The notes beneath the pieces are model-generated. The model did no database searches and was not told the DNA's origin. It saw nothing but the letters and a program-made list of their open reading frames with translations. Position numbers and translations under genes: made by a program. 64,000 bases of DNA from Thalia democratica (Eukaryota), in the NCBI GenBank assembly GCA_965202585.1, contig OZ241829.1, positions 29,016,001-29,080,000 on the forward strand, given 5' to 3'. Below, in pieces: positions 12,701 to 26,188 of this stretch (its first letter is position 1; each line of letters begins with the position of its first letter).

Positions 12701-15700
12701 ATTACTTAAAACAATTACACATTAATTAATTTACATACAAAACTATATCAAGTTTCAATCTTTTTTAACATTAAAATGTTTATTGATTTAATTTTTAACA
12801 TTTCTAATTTCTAAGTGAAAATTAATTATGCAAAAAAAAAAGTTTTAAAAATAACAGATAACGTTTTTTATTTTACTTTTCTCTATAAAAATCGACTTAA
12901 AAAATAAGAAACTAGTTGAAAATAAATCTAGAAACTTTTTTTAAGAAAACTAAAAAAGTTTTAGCCAAATGGCTATTTACTTATATACTTCTTATACTTA
13001 TATTCAGAAACCTTTAAATGTTTCAAACTTCCTTTTCAACTTTGTACGAACAAAACAACAAATTGGTTGTTGCCAGACCACTCGTTAATTAATACATAAT
13101 TAAGCTGACTAAGTAGAAGTTTGTAACTTACTTAAATGATTTATCAACCTAAAGTACTTAAGCGTCGTAAATCGGCTTGAAGGTTTTTAACGTTGCTATT
13201 AACTTGGCTCAATAAGTTAAGGTGACTTAATTGGTAGTTATTTTTTAAAACTTTATTGTTTAAAACAAAATATTATGCCATGGTAGAGTACGTTTAAGTA
13301 TCGTACACTTAAGCAGTATCTTAAAAGTGAGTCTGTCTTTTTAAATAACCTCAAAAACGGGTTTAAATAAATCTTCTCCGTTGTAGTTAATACAGTTTTC
13401 ATTTTTTCTTTTTTGTAGTTTAATAGTTCAAACCATTTTGAGACTAAAGGAAGCGCTACCAGGATACGAAGTCAAAGTAGTAGCAAGTAGTTTAGTATAT
13501 TGTGCTTTCAAAATATTTTCATTGTAGACATAGTTTGTATTTGTTTCAATAATAAAATTGGCAAAACAATAAACAAACAATTTGATAATTGTTTTGCTAG
13601 ATGATGTTAAAGTGGTTAAATTGAAAATGTTTTGTTTAAAATAGCCGACAAGTTGTTAAGTCATAAATCCGCCATAAACCACTTGAGTGCTTAACTTAAA
13701 CTCGAATTATTGTCATAAAATTTTTACTAAATAATAAGTATTTTTGATACAAAAAAACTATACTAAAAGCTGTTTGCGCTATACGGTTTGATTGTATAAA
13801 GCATTTAGTTTAACAATAGGTTTTAAGATTATTACTGCCTCAAAGCTTAAATCTTTCTGGATAATTTCAAAGAAAAAAATCTTAAAATATTTTTTTGAAA
13901 AATATCACGGCTAATAGTTTTTTTTCAATAGAAAAGTAGTAAGTTTTTGAAAAAACTGTTATTGTCAGTTTAAGACATACCATAACACCACTTACATTAA
14001 ACTTTTAATGATAATATTGTGGATTGTTTCAAACTCAAACGTTTCATAAACAAGTTAAATTAAAAAACTACTTTGATATTCAACTTTAAAAGCTACTACC
14101 AAAAGCAAATCAGCCGAACTTGTATTCAAAAACCGCTTTTAAACAAGTAAACAAACTCATTAAAAAATCAACATTTTGAAAGCAAATATTTCCATGTACC
14201 CGTCACAAAGCAAACTTTCAGCGCCGCCTATACGAGAGCAGTGTCTTTTTTCTTTTCTTTTTTGTCACCACTCTGCTACTAAGCCTCATTCTGCTTGTAA
14301 CTTGTAATGGTGGTGAAGCGAAGAACAAAAAAAAAATGGTTTGAAACCATCTTGTTTCAAACGAGCTAATTCAGTTTCGGTTTTCCTTTTATTGGTTTTT
14401 TATTTGTTGAAGCTAGTTTTAGATTTCTTTCTAGTTTTTTTTTGTACTTTTATAAAAATAAAGCGTGCTTGTTGAGGTTTTGCTTAGTTTACAGTGCTAT
14501 TTATTACTTCAAATGGGTCAGTTATAAGTCAGCGTTTTTCAGTAAGCTTCTGGTATAGTTGTATATGTACTTGCAAAGTTTCTGCCTTTTAAAAATCTAA
14601 AGCAGTTTACAAGCTTTTTTGGTGCATATTTGTTCGAAAATTATTTTTTTCTGAAATTAAGTCAATATTAATAATTGCTATGTTTTAAATAATAACTTAA
14701 TAAGTTATGTTTGAAATTAGCTTATTTTTCGTTAATATATTTATCTATATTTGAGGTTCTAAATTGAACAAAAATATTCCTATTTTTATTATTTTTTGAG
14801 GTTGTTTTTAATTGAACAAAAATATTCTTATTCAAATAGAAGATTCAAGATTTAAAATTTAGATTTACAATATTACAATTCAAGATTTAAATTGTAACTG
14901 AAGATCCTTTAAAGGGTTAAACTTAGTTTTGCAAATAAAAATCTTGAGTAATTAATCTTGTATGTTAATGTATTTATACTTTTTTCAATGAATTGTTTTC
15001 TAGGAAAAGTCTAGTTTTCATTCATACAGGAGCTATTGAAGTGCTTAGAAGTTTATTTTAATTGTTTTTTTAATACTATTAATAGAAGACTTAACTTGCT
15101 TACAGTTTTAGATAAGTGTACTTACTAAAATACTTGGGTTTTAGTTTAAATCAATACAGTTTTATGTTAACTAGTTTTTAGTTAAGCATTCTGATAAAAT
15201 GTTCAATTTTACGTTTGTTGTATCAGTATTTATAGATTACATAGCTTTTGTTTATTCAACTTCCTAGCTTGTTTAAACACATTACAACTTAGCTTTGAAT
15301 GCTTGCTTGAAAGCACTTTAAGGAAAACTTTTTGCAAAAATGTTACATCATAAAAACTGTTGCATAGTTTAAATTACTTGTAGGTTGTGCAAAGTAGCAA
15401 CTATTTTTAAATTGTATTTGTTTTAGTAATATCTGCTTTCTGGGTACTTTATTACCTTTTTGTTTTTTTTTTTTTTTAATATTTGACTAGTTTATAACAT
15501 GCTTAAATTTTGTTAAATTTTTTGAAAATAACTTAACTTTTTATAAAAAGCTAGATAAACGAAATTGCGTATTTTTAAGTTTATTATTTTTGCAAGTAGC
15601 TATATAAAGCATACACAGTGATAATAATTTTTTTACTACTGTAACTATTTTGAAATTCAAACAATTTGTTTAAAGTTAATAAAATTTATAATTGTATATT

Positions 15701-16052
15701 TTAAATAACTTTTTTTTTAATATTTTAGGTTTGTTAAGTTTATTTTGATTCCTTTAAACTTTAATAGTTAAAACTTTATCATTTTTTGTGTACATTCAGT
15801 ATTTTTTACTATAACCTACTGCCATACAAAAAGATTAAACTAACCTACGATTGGTTTTTATAAAGGTTTGAAATCAACATGAGAGTCATAAAAATAACAA
15901 CTAGTCTTTAATTAATTTTAAATATTAATTTTTTACAGTGCTAAACTAAATTTTTATCGGATGAAGCTGTAGTTTGTTTGTTGCTTTACAAGAAAAATAA
16001 TTACTAATTTCAAGATACTAAAAATTTAAAAGGTATATTTAAAAAATGTTTC

Positions 16053-16514
16053 ATAATTTTGCTTAGTATGTTAAGAACTGGATACTAACAGAAAAAAAAT
16101 AATATTTTAATAAAAAAGTAATATCTTTGAGCTATAATTTAATACTAAAGCATAAACATTCAGCTTTATTTAAGAATTTTAGTTGTTCTATTATTATTCT
16201 AAAAAAAATTTTTAATAATTTTGCTTTATATGTTAAAACTGGATACTAACAGAAAAAAAATAATACTTTAATAAAAAAGTAATATCTTTGAGCTATAATC
16301 TAATACTAAAGCATAAACATTCAGCTTTATTTAAGAATTTTAGTTGTTCTATTATTATTCTAAAAAAAAATTTCAATAATTTTGCTTTATATGTTAAGAA
16401 CTGGATACTAACAGAAAAAAAAATTAAACTTTTAATAAAAAATTAATACCTTTGAGCTATAAATTAATACTAAAGCATAAATATTCAGCTTTATTTAAGA
16501 ATTTCAATTGTTCT
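16053..16514. repeat. Tandem repeat, ~161-162 bp unit, ~2.8 copies
   Basis: ACTGGATACTAACAGAAAAAA...GAGCTATAA...ACTAAAGCATAAACATTCAGCTTTATTTAAGAATTT recurs with ACTG anchors at 16077, 16238 and 16400. Confidence 0.9.
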
Positions 16515-19500
16515 GTAAAAAAATACTACAACAAAGTCTACTAACAATAGCTTATATTTTTGTAAATTTATTTGTGGTATATCACGCTTTTATTTTTTTC
16601 TATTATTCTCAAACTATAAGTTTACATCGTGAAAAAGTTTTTGTTTCATGACAATATTTAAGCTACTTATAATAATTTAATGCTTTTTTACTATTAACAC
16701 CAAAAAATACTTTGAAACTAAAACTATTGACTTTATTTTATAAAGCCTGAAGTGGTTATAATTTATATGCATTATAAATAAAAAAATTATAACGTATAAC
16801 TTCCTAAACAACATAATTAACTAATTTCAGCTCAAAAGCTAAGTAGTATTTTATCTAACAACATTACTATTCTAACAATAAAATTCTAATTTATTTTAAA
16901 TATGACTTGTTGTACCTAATTATTTATAGCTACTTTAAGTGTTCTATACAAGATTAGCACTATTGCTTTTATTTTTAATAACTATTTAAATGTTATAAAT
17001 CTATTGTATGCATTTATAATTTTTATTTGTTGAAAATTTTAATTTTGAACAAATAAACAAGCTTGACGCATTTTTTATCTACTTATGTGTTAGTTTTAAA
17101 CATTTTAGTTATAAGTACGACAAAATTAAATTTATAGACAAGGCAGATATTTAATAATAACTTTACATAACAAGAAAAACTAGTTTTGTTTTTGTTTTCA
17201 AAATCATTTCAGATTATGTTATTCTTAACAACCATTTATAATATTCTTTTGTTTTTAGTAGTTTATAGTTTTTGAATTAATTTCAGTATTTCAATTAGAA
17301 AAAATAAATAGCTAATTTTATATTTTACATACGTTACAAACTAATACTACTTTTGTTCTATCAGCATAAAGTTGACTTAATTAGCAATTTTTTGAGCATA
17401 ACAGAAATTTGAACATTACAATATTGATCGGTAATACATGTAAGATATGTTTACTTTCAACAAAAGTATAAATCTCTTGCTTTAACCTTACTTCATTTGT
17501 AAAATTGAAAATTAATCATTTTTTTCATCTCAGTCACCTAAAATGTGATAAAAAACCAAACTAAATAACTTGTAAAACTTAGTTTTAAGGTTCAGGCCTA
17601 ATGAAGTTATATTTAGTATCATCGTAATTAAAAAATTTTAAACCAATTCATTAGAGCTACAACATACTTTAAATTATTTTTTTTAAGAGCTAAATATATT
17701 GAATATTTACATAAGGAATATTTACATAAAAACACTACCGTATAAAGGTTTCAACAACCACACTAATCATAAGCAAATCAGTCTAAAGTTGTTAAACATA
17801 TGAAGACTTTATAATCACTTAACAAAAACTTGTCGTTGCACTGTTTTGTTTTTTGTTAAAAAGTGTTTATCTTTAGTTTGAACTAAATACCAAACAAACA
17901 ACATTGAGTTTTTTAAATATTTTTATTGATGCTTTTGTTTCAATCGATATGTTTTGTTTTTAGTTTGCGAAACAATAACTTAATTTTCTTTGTTTTTTTT
18001 TATTAAACTAAATCACGCCTGAAACACTAACAATACTTTTCATACTTCTGAAACAACATTTACAGTCGTAAAGTAAAAGCTTTAGTAGCATTAATGTTTT
18101 TTAAGACAAAAGTTATTTGCTAAATGAGATGAAGTATTTTAATAAGAAATTAGTTAGTTTTATTAATTAAAAAAAAATAATTAGCAAACACTTATTTAAA
18201 TTAGGCACCATATTACAGCAATTATACAAGTTCTTAAAGTATTATCTAATTAGAATTAAAACCTAAGCTTAACTAAACCTTGTACATAGCTTTATTTTTT
18301 AGTTTGAACTAAACTGAATCTCTAAAAAAAAACTTTGTTATCTTACATTACACAAAACAAGAATTTTTTACTTCATTGTATTTACACATGTCCAAACTTA
18401 AATTTCGTAAGTGAAGCATGCTTAACATTTTTTTTAAGTTTTAGTTTGCTAACTTTTAGGTGTTAGATATAAGTTCTACAGAACAAACTTTTGGTATACT
18501 ATACGAAAAATTTTGTAAGTTAACTATTTATTCCAGTATGAATAAAATGACAAGTCACTGTTTTTTTTTATATACATCATTTCAGAGAAAATCAAAAATC
18601 AGCTAAACTGGTTTTCTAACAGTTCATAAAACTTTCTATTCATGACTTTTTTTAACAGTTTTATTAACTAAGCATAAAACCAATATAATTTTGTTTTACA
18701 GTGAACAGTTTAGGTTATTTCATAACTCCTTAAATGCTGAACTATGTTATGAAACGTGTGAAAATAAAATACATGTCTGTACATTGTTTTGTTTGAACTA
18801 AAGCACAAGTTTTATAAAGTTTGAAATATTTTCATAAAACACGATTGTAAAACTGAAGGTTTACTTTCGATAGCTTAAGTAATAAAATGAAAAATTCAAT
18901 ACAATTATTAATAAAGATGAACAAGAAATAGGGAAAAGAAAAATTTACAACCCTTAGAAAGTCTTTAAACTATATTTATCTATAATACCATTTCAAAAAA
19001 GCATTAGCTTTGTTTAAAAATTATTTATACAGTTTATAAAATGTTCTCATTTCAATAACTAGCTTTCAAAGACACAGCGTCATTATTTAAACATTACAAC
19101 TAAGTTAAACTTCATACAATTTAATAAAACTGATTTCAATTATTTATGATTGAAAATGTTTATCCAATAAACAAAAGTATTTGTGTAAAATAATTGTTTT
19201 ATGTTCATAATCTCGACAGTAGTAAAACTGTTTTAGTTAGTAGTAAAACAATTTGTGGTGTGTATTCAGTCTGTTGCTTGCTAAAATAGAACATTGTTTC
19301 CTGTCTTAGCAAATAAACCATAATAGTTCTAAAAATCAGGTAATAAAAAACAGTAACAAATATAATTTAAGCTAACTTAAAATTTCTTCTACATCAACAA
19401 AAAAACTTAATAAACATTTTCAAAAGATAACAAATTTTTGTATAATTTTTAAGACGTAGTTTAAACATCAGTTTATATATTTTTATGTCTTAAATACATT

Positions 19501-19864
19501 TTTGTGTTGAATTCAACTCTTTACTGTTTATTCAAAAATTAGAAAATTTGAGAAAAAAACTAAAAAATATATTTCAGTTTTAGACAACTAAATGCTTCAG
19601 GTATAAAATCAACAAAATTTAAAAAGGGGTTAAAAGTTTTATATCTTCATACACTAATGCCAAATTGTACATTTGTTTATCGAAGTAAAAAAACATTCTA
19701 ACCAAAACAATTAGCATTAATAAAGAGAAATTAATAAGAATCAAATTAACTTACATTTTATTGGAAACTCATTGAAGCTTTCATCATTTTTTCTCTAGAG
19801 TATCAGATTTCAAACTTTTTATTTACAGAAAGTTTTGATTTTTAATTAATTAAATAAAACCAAA

Positions 19865-22800
19865 ATGACCGCCAACAATCAGACGTGCGAGGCCAGCATC
19901 TTCGTATTGTGCGGGACGAAGGGAGTTGGAAAAAAGTCCCTGATGCGAAGATTGAAGCGCCACCTGCCAAACCATTACGTCATATTTCCCCTGCACACGT
20001 CACAAAAACCGATAAGGTAGTTTTGCTTTACTTGCGTGTGAGATTATCACTGTTTTAAACACATTAAAGTAAAAAATTCTTGTAAACATTTTAATATTTT
20101 ATTACCTCTTAGAAGACGTTTTGTAGTTTTGGGTGCAAGTTAAGTGTTAAAGTTAGTTTTGGTATTTACATGAGTGCTGCATAATTTAGGAACAAGTTTG
20201 TTAGCAAATCATAAAACTTAAACTTCCAAAAAGAGTACTTTTTCGTTTTTTTTTTTAAACAGCAAACTCTTTAAATTTAACCGCTTTGAAAACCGCTTTA
20301 AAAATTACTTACACCGGTTTTTCTGTAGCGAACACAATTACAAACTGTTCTAGCGTAAAACAAGGCTAAGTCCAACTAAAACTCACCCTTAATCTTAATT
20401 ATGACGTAACAGCTGTGAGCTTACGCAAGGCGAGTTCTACCACGTGACGCACACGAGGCGGGAAATGCTGGAGCTGATCGACCATGACGAGTTCATCTGC
20501 CACTGGATGGCCAACAACGAGTTTTTCGGAATCAGCTTCAACCTGCTGAGTTCCTACCTCAAGCACTCCAAGGTTTGTTTAACTTTATTAAATTTTTTCT
20601 TACGTTAAATGCATGTTATTGCAAGCACATATTGAGTAACTTTGAATAAAACTTACCTCTGCAAAAAGGTTGTAGATGCCAGGATAGAGTTTAATTAGTT
20701 CTATGGTGCCTGTTTAAACCTACTTACTTCATAGTTTAACATTCCAGGGTTTTTCTTCTTACATGGCTTAGTTTAAAATTATTTTAATTTTATTTTAATT
20801 GTATACCTAAATCTATATCAACCTGCTTAGTTTCAACCTGAGTCATTCAAGAGTTTTTTTTTGTCGATACTTTGTTAAATATTAGTCTTTACCATGATAA
20901 GGGAACATAAATATATAAACATAAACATTACTATCAAAACTATATTTTATTAAATGTGTCATATATGCTAAGTGAATGCAAATATCAGTAAGTATACAAA
21001 ATACTATCAATAACACTTCTTTTTATTCACAACCTGAAAATAGAGAGGCTCTCCACTTTAGTTGTAGGCGTGTCAGGATCAGTTCAAACAGATCACCACC
21101 TGCCACAACTGCTTCACTGGCTTTTGAAAGTGAGTAGGGTTTCAAATATACAAGTCCGCGATATAACATGCTGAATGTTTTTTTTAAATTGTAAATTTTG
21201 GTAATGCTTTAATAAGACACTGTTTACTTTTGAATGCTAGTGAAACATTTATATCGGATACAATATTTAAAATACTCTTATATATTAAATTCTTTAATTC
21301 AAAATGTAAATTTAGTTTTAACAACTGTTCCTGTGTTTAACATATTCCATAAAAAATGTATTATTTTAAATAAAGTATTTATTTTAGTTACAAAATTAAG
21401 TACGAGTTTAAAGATAAGTTTTCCGTTACACAATACTATAAGCACGTAAACTTTACAACTAAAAAGTATTTTAAATAACACTTTTTATATAAAACTTTTA
21501 CAATAATACAAACATTCTGTCCGCATTTATTTTATTTTGTTTAATAATTTTAACTGGTAGTTTTTCAGTGTTACACAATTTAAATAAACTTTTATCTTCG
21601 TTCATTTTAAGAATTTTGTTATTTTTGAGACTGTTACAAAGGTACATGTACAAATGTTTAACGTTTAAAATCGTGTTTATATTTTGTATGAAGATCTCTA
21701 AAAAAATATCCAGTTAAGCCAATGAGATTTAATACTTTTCTATATCTTATATTAAATTCTCGTCGAGCTCATAGTATTTACCAGATATTTTTGTGGTGGT
21801 TCATTTTTTTTTGTCTCTTTTGTTATTTAATGTATAAGACACTGTGACATTATACTATTGCATTCTTCTATGAAAAAATTAGCTAAATTTTTCACAATTG
21901 CTAGGATGATTTACCAACTTGCTAACTAGTAGAAAAAACAAGTGATTGGGTTGTGTGTATACAAACATAAAAACTTTTATGAAAAGTTTTAACTTACTGA
22001 GTGGTTTATAACAAGAAGTCTAAAAAATATTAATCTTATACAATAAGATTTTGTATAAACTAACTTCATACATATTTTATTCATTTAAAATCTTTCAAAA
22101 CTTTTCATACTACTTAGATCATATTTCTAACAGTCAAATTATTTCACTCATACATTTTTATGTATTTTAAGTTAAGTGTTTGTTTTTTACTATAAGTTTA
22201 TACGAACATTTTTTTTTATTCATGGCTTTATAATCATAAAGTCTGTTGTTGTTCTATTAAATCTGGAATTAATATACATAAAGATTACAAAGCTTTCGCT
22301 TTAAAAAACTTTTTGTCTAAAGTAACAACTTAAAAATCATTATATTTTAATTATTTACAATTTTGCATCAAAATAATAAACATTTTTTTTGGTTTTAGAA
22401 TTACGCACTAACTAATCAATTTACTTTTTACTTGACTTCTTAATAAAAACTGTTGCTATAGTTGTTAGCTTAATCACATAATAAATCAACTAAATTACTT
22501 AAACTAAGTTTCTACTCAGCGCAGATCAATAGTTGTCTTTATTTTTTTAGAAAAAGAGTTTGTTTTAAATTTTGAAAGTTTTGGTGTAGCTATAAAGCGT
22601 ATCCAGTTTAAGTTTCGTTGCTTAAGTTTGTTTTTAACTAATGTTGTTTTTTTTTCAATAATTTTAAATATGGCCGGAAATTATCCTTTGAATGAATAAA
22701 AAAAATATGTTTTCATATGTTCCGTATATATTTTAAAAAGCATTCTCCGTTCTAAGGCCATAAAATTTTTGAAAAAAAACTTAAAAAACTATTTTGGAAT

Positions 22801-25800
22801 TTTATTATTCATTTTTTTTCTGATTAAATACAAAACAAGTTAAAAAAGTATTTAAAAATTTTCCATCAAACATTCTGTGCTTTCAGACTGTCTAAGACTT
22901 CTAGACAGTTTTTTGTAGAAGCTAATCATACATCGAACCTTGCTTAAGGTTCTCAAAATACTTAAAACTTCTAAGTCAGACACAAAATATTAGTTATAAA
23001 ATCTTCATAGTAAAAATAATTTTTATGGATTTTACTCAAAACTTTATTGAACCTTTGATCATGGTCATAAATTATTAAAATGCTTGTGAAGTTGTAATAT
23101 AACATTTAAATTTTATATTTTATCTTTATAACTTTCAAGTCTCTTTTGTTTATTATTTTGTTGGTTTCAACCATTTAAATTGACCGAGTAAAAATAACAA
23201 ATATATTTTAATTTAAATTTATACTACTAAACTATGTACAATTACGTATTCACAATTTATTATATATTTATAGAAAACATATAACATCTACTATATATTT
23301 TCTGTATGATTTTTTTTTATACTTTCTTGGTATTTTTAGATATTAGGGTAAAAATTAGGTCATTAAAGTCGAATGATATTTGTTTTAAACATACTTTTTT
23401 TTACCATTTTTATTAAGTAAAAAAACATTTAATTAGTTTATAAACAATTTTTAAACCAACTTAAATAAATTTATGAATCTAATTAAATTAATAATTTGAG
23501 TTGAGCTAAAAAGAATTTAATTTGTATTCTACAGAACATGAACTCGAAATAATTAATTTTGTTTTCTTAAGAACAGCTGTGTCTCAGCGTTTTTAACTGA
23601 AAACGCTTAGCTCATTGTAAAGTGAATAAGCATCAAACAATCGAACTGCAATTTACCCTCTTTTTTGCAAAATCAATAAATGTCAACACAAGAAGTTGTT
23701 TTCTAGATTGCGGCAGCTGCTGCGACTTATTAGTTGTAACTAATACTTTTAGGCTGGATAACGAACACAACAAACTAATTTTTAAAGTTTAAAAAGCTGT
23801 TTTTGAGCCCAAATGTAGAAACAAGTATTGGCAACTATTTATCAACTTAATTCGTGCTTCTTTTGATCAATCTGTATTTACGAATATTCTAGCTGACTTC
23901 AGTTTAATAAAAAAATATATTTACAACAATTAAATGTCTGTTTTTAAAGGCTGATAATTTTAAAACAGATTATGGTTAAGATCTAGTTAACATTTAACAT
24001 ATTTTACAAACACTCAATAGTAGTATAATTGATTAATAAATTGCATTATATCTAATTTCCCTGCCATTACTTACTTTTAAGAAAATCAAACGTGAAGCAA
24101 AGTTAAAATTATTGTTTAAATTTCTAAGCTTTTTTTATAAACGGGAGTTTTAAAATTACTACTTTTTTTTGGTCCTACTACCTTTTTTTATTCATTTTTT
24201 TTTAGATTTAAGTTAATTTTTTTGATAACTAACTTTTGTGGATACCTATTTTTTATTCAATAACAACTTAAACTGATTTAATTCGCTTGAAAACAGTTTT
24301 AAGAAACTTTACCTGTAGGTGACGCAAATTTGTTATGAAATTCAATTTTTTCTTTTAACTACAATTTTATCAAAGTTTAAATTAATTGATGTATTGCAAC
24401 AATTTAAAACCACTAAAAACAGAAAATAAATCAAGACTAAACTAGTTTCAAAGAAAAACAATAATTTTAAAAATCGATTTTCTTTTTCGTTAAACTATAT
24501 TACACAGCTTAGAAAAAATAAAATTAAAAAACAAGCAACCTGAAAGCTAGTATCACAACGCAAGTAGAACAAATTAAAACAGTATGTAATAAAAGTAGTA
24601 TAAAAAGTATATGAAAATATAAAAAATAAAAAAACGAATTAAAACAAAAATGACTTAAACTTGTTTCTAGTATTATTTTTTTATGTTTATTCTAATAAAA
24701 TAATATTTTATCAACACAGGCGTGCTTCTTCGCGGTGGACGGCGTAGACGCTGTTATCAGGCTGAGGGAATCCCCCCTATCGAAACTTTTCAACTGCAAC
24801 TTCGTGCACGTGTCTACCCCGCCCGACGACCCGCGGCCCACCGTTAGGAGGAGACTTTTGAGGTTTGAAGACACAATACATTTTATTTTTTCATAAAAGT
24901 TCAAGTTTTAGATCCAACATTTATTTACATGCTTTTGAATAAAACTCATACTCAACTTGAAAGCTGACGTATTAAAATAAAAAGTTCGCTAATCTGATTT
25001 TAATAAAAGTTTTTAATTTTTATACTATTTTTCACTTCTCAGATGTGGGGATTTTGCGGAAGACGACGTGGAGCGCCTTCTGGCGGAAGTCGGTAAAATT
25101 TCCCGCGTTTTCGACGAGAGCCCAGAGCTCTTCGACGCGAAGTTCACCGTGAAAGATGAAACGCTCAACAGGTAACTTTTGTTTCACATCTTTTTTCAGA
25201 TGACTTGTGTTTAAATGTCTTATTATGATGTTTGTGTCAGAACTAATATCATGGCTTTGTTTTGTTAATAGATTTCCTTATTCTTAATTTTTTCATTTTC
25301 TAAATTATTATTTCTTATTTTTGACATTCAGTTCTAAATTAAAGTATTTAATTTAAAAAACATTTCGATAATATTATTTTACGGATTCGGATAATGTTGT
25401 TGATTCGGATTCGGATCCGGCCGGATCCTGATTTAAAAAAAATTCGATCCTGATCCGGCCGGATACTAGTCTAAAAATAAGAAAAAATTGAAAAAATATC
25501 CGGATCCGACTAAAACCTATTTTGAAAATACTAACTGAAAAACCGGTTGAGTCTTAAAGTTATGGATCCGTTAGGTCACTGAGTATACTTAGTTATTTTT
25601 TTTGTTTTGTAAAAAAGGTTAAAAACATATCTGAGAGTTTTAAAATGTATGCTAGATATTCTGCAGTTTATGTTAAAGAGCAAAAAAGTCTTAGGCGTAT
25701 TTTAGGACAGTTTTGAAAGTTACACTAGGTTTACGAAAAAATCTTCGAAACTTACACTAGATATTAGGAAAAAATATGAATACAATACATTTTTGAAGTT

Positions 25801-26188
25801 CATGATTAAAAGCAAAAAAATGTCAGGCGTATCTTAGGGAAGTTTTGAAACTTGCATTAGATACTACAAGAAATTTGAGAGAATTATAGGATTCTGCCGG
25901 GTACTAGTTTTTTGGATATGGTAGGTCACTATTATTTTTTCCATTCAAATTCTTTTTAGTCGTAATGTATAGAACTCATCAACTACTCTTTGAATTTTAT
26001 CCAAAATGTAAATTGTTGTAGTATATTCTAAACCAGTATATTTTTTTTTTATTATAGTGTATTTCAGCTGCTACGAGAAACTGTTGAGCTACGTCGATGA
26101 CGTCACCACGCCCCTCAGCGGTGATTATGACGTCACTAAGCGAAGCGAAATAATGAAGGGAGTTTTCGAGTTCTTCAGATTCTCATAA
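19865..26188 (+). CDS. Guanylate-kinase-like domain protein, stand-alone, 234 aa, 5 exons
   Basis: Exons 19865-20016, 20413-20572, 24720-24862, 25043-25171, 26068-26188 (all GT-AG; phases 2,0,2,2; 705 nt). N-terminal IFVLCGTKGVGKKSLMRRL is a P-loop-like motif. It is followed by LHTSQKP..ELTQGEFYHVTHTRREMLELIDHDEFICHW..NNEFFGIS, which follows the GK pattern HTTRxPRxGExxGxxYHFVxxEEFxxxIxxxxFLExxxxxGNxYGTS. Confidence 0.85.
25382..25512. repeat. Degenerate CCGGATCCGG-rich transposon fragment in intron 4 of the GK-like gene
   Basis: Clustered GGATCCGGCCGGAT and CGGATTCGG motifs resembling the terminal blocks at 42962-43147 and 44427-44664. No intact TIR seen. Confidence 0.55.

Noticed and set aside
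14222-14293. Minus-strand 23-aa basic ORF MRLSSRVVTKKKRKKTLLSYRRR, superficially like ribosomal protein L41
   Set aside because: No real similarity to MRAKWRKKRMRRLKRKRR. The lysines come from a T-rich tract on the plus strand.
21030-21170. Minus-strand reading VVAGGDLFELILTR, like a kinase GGELF motif
   Set aside because: Isolated, with no other kinase subdomains. The plus strand has the better splice signals.
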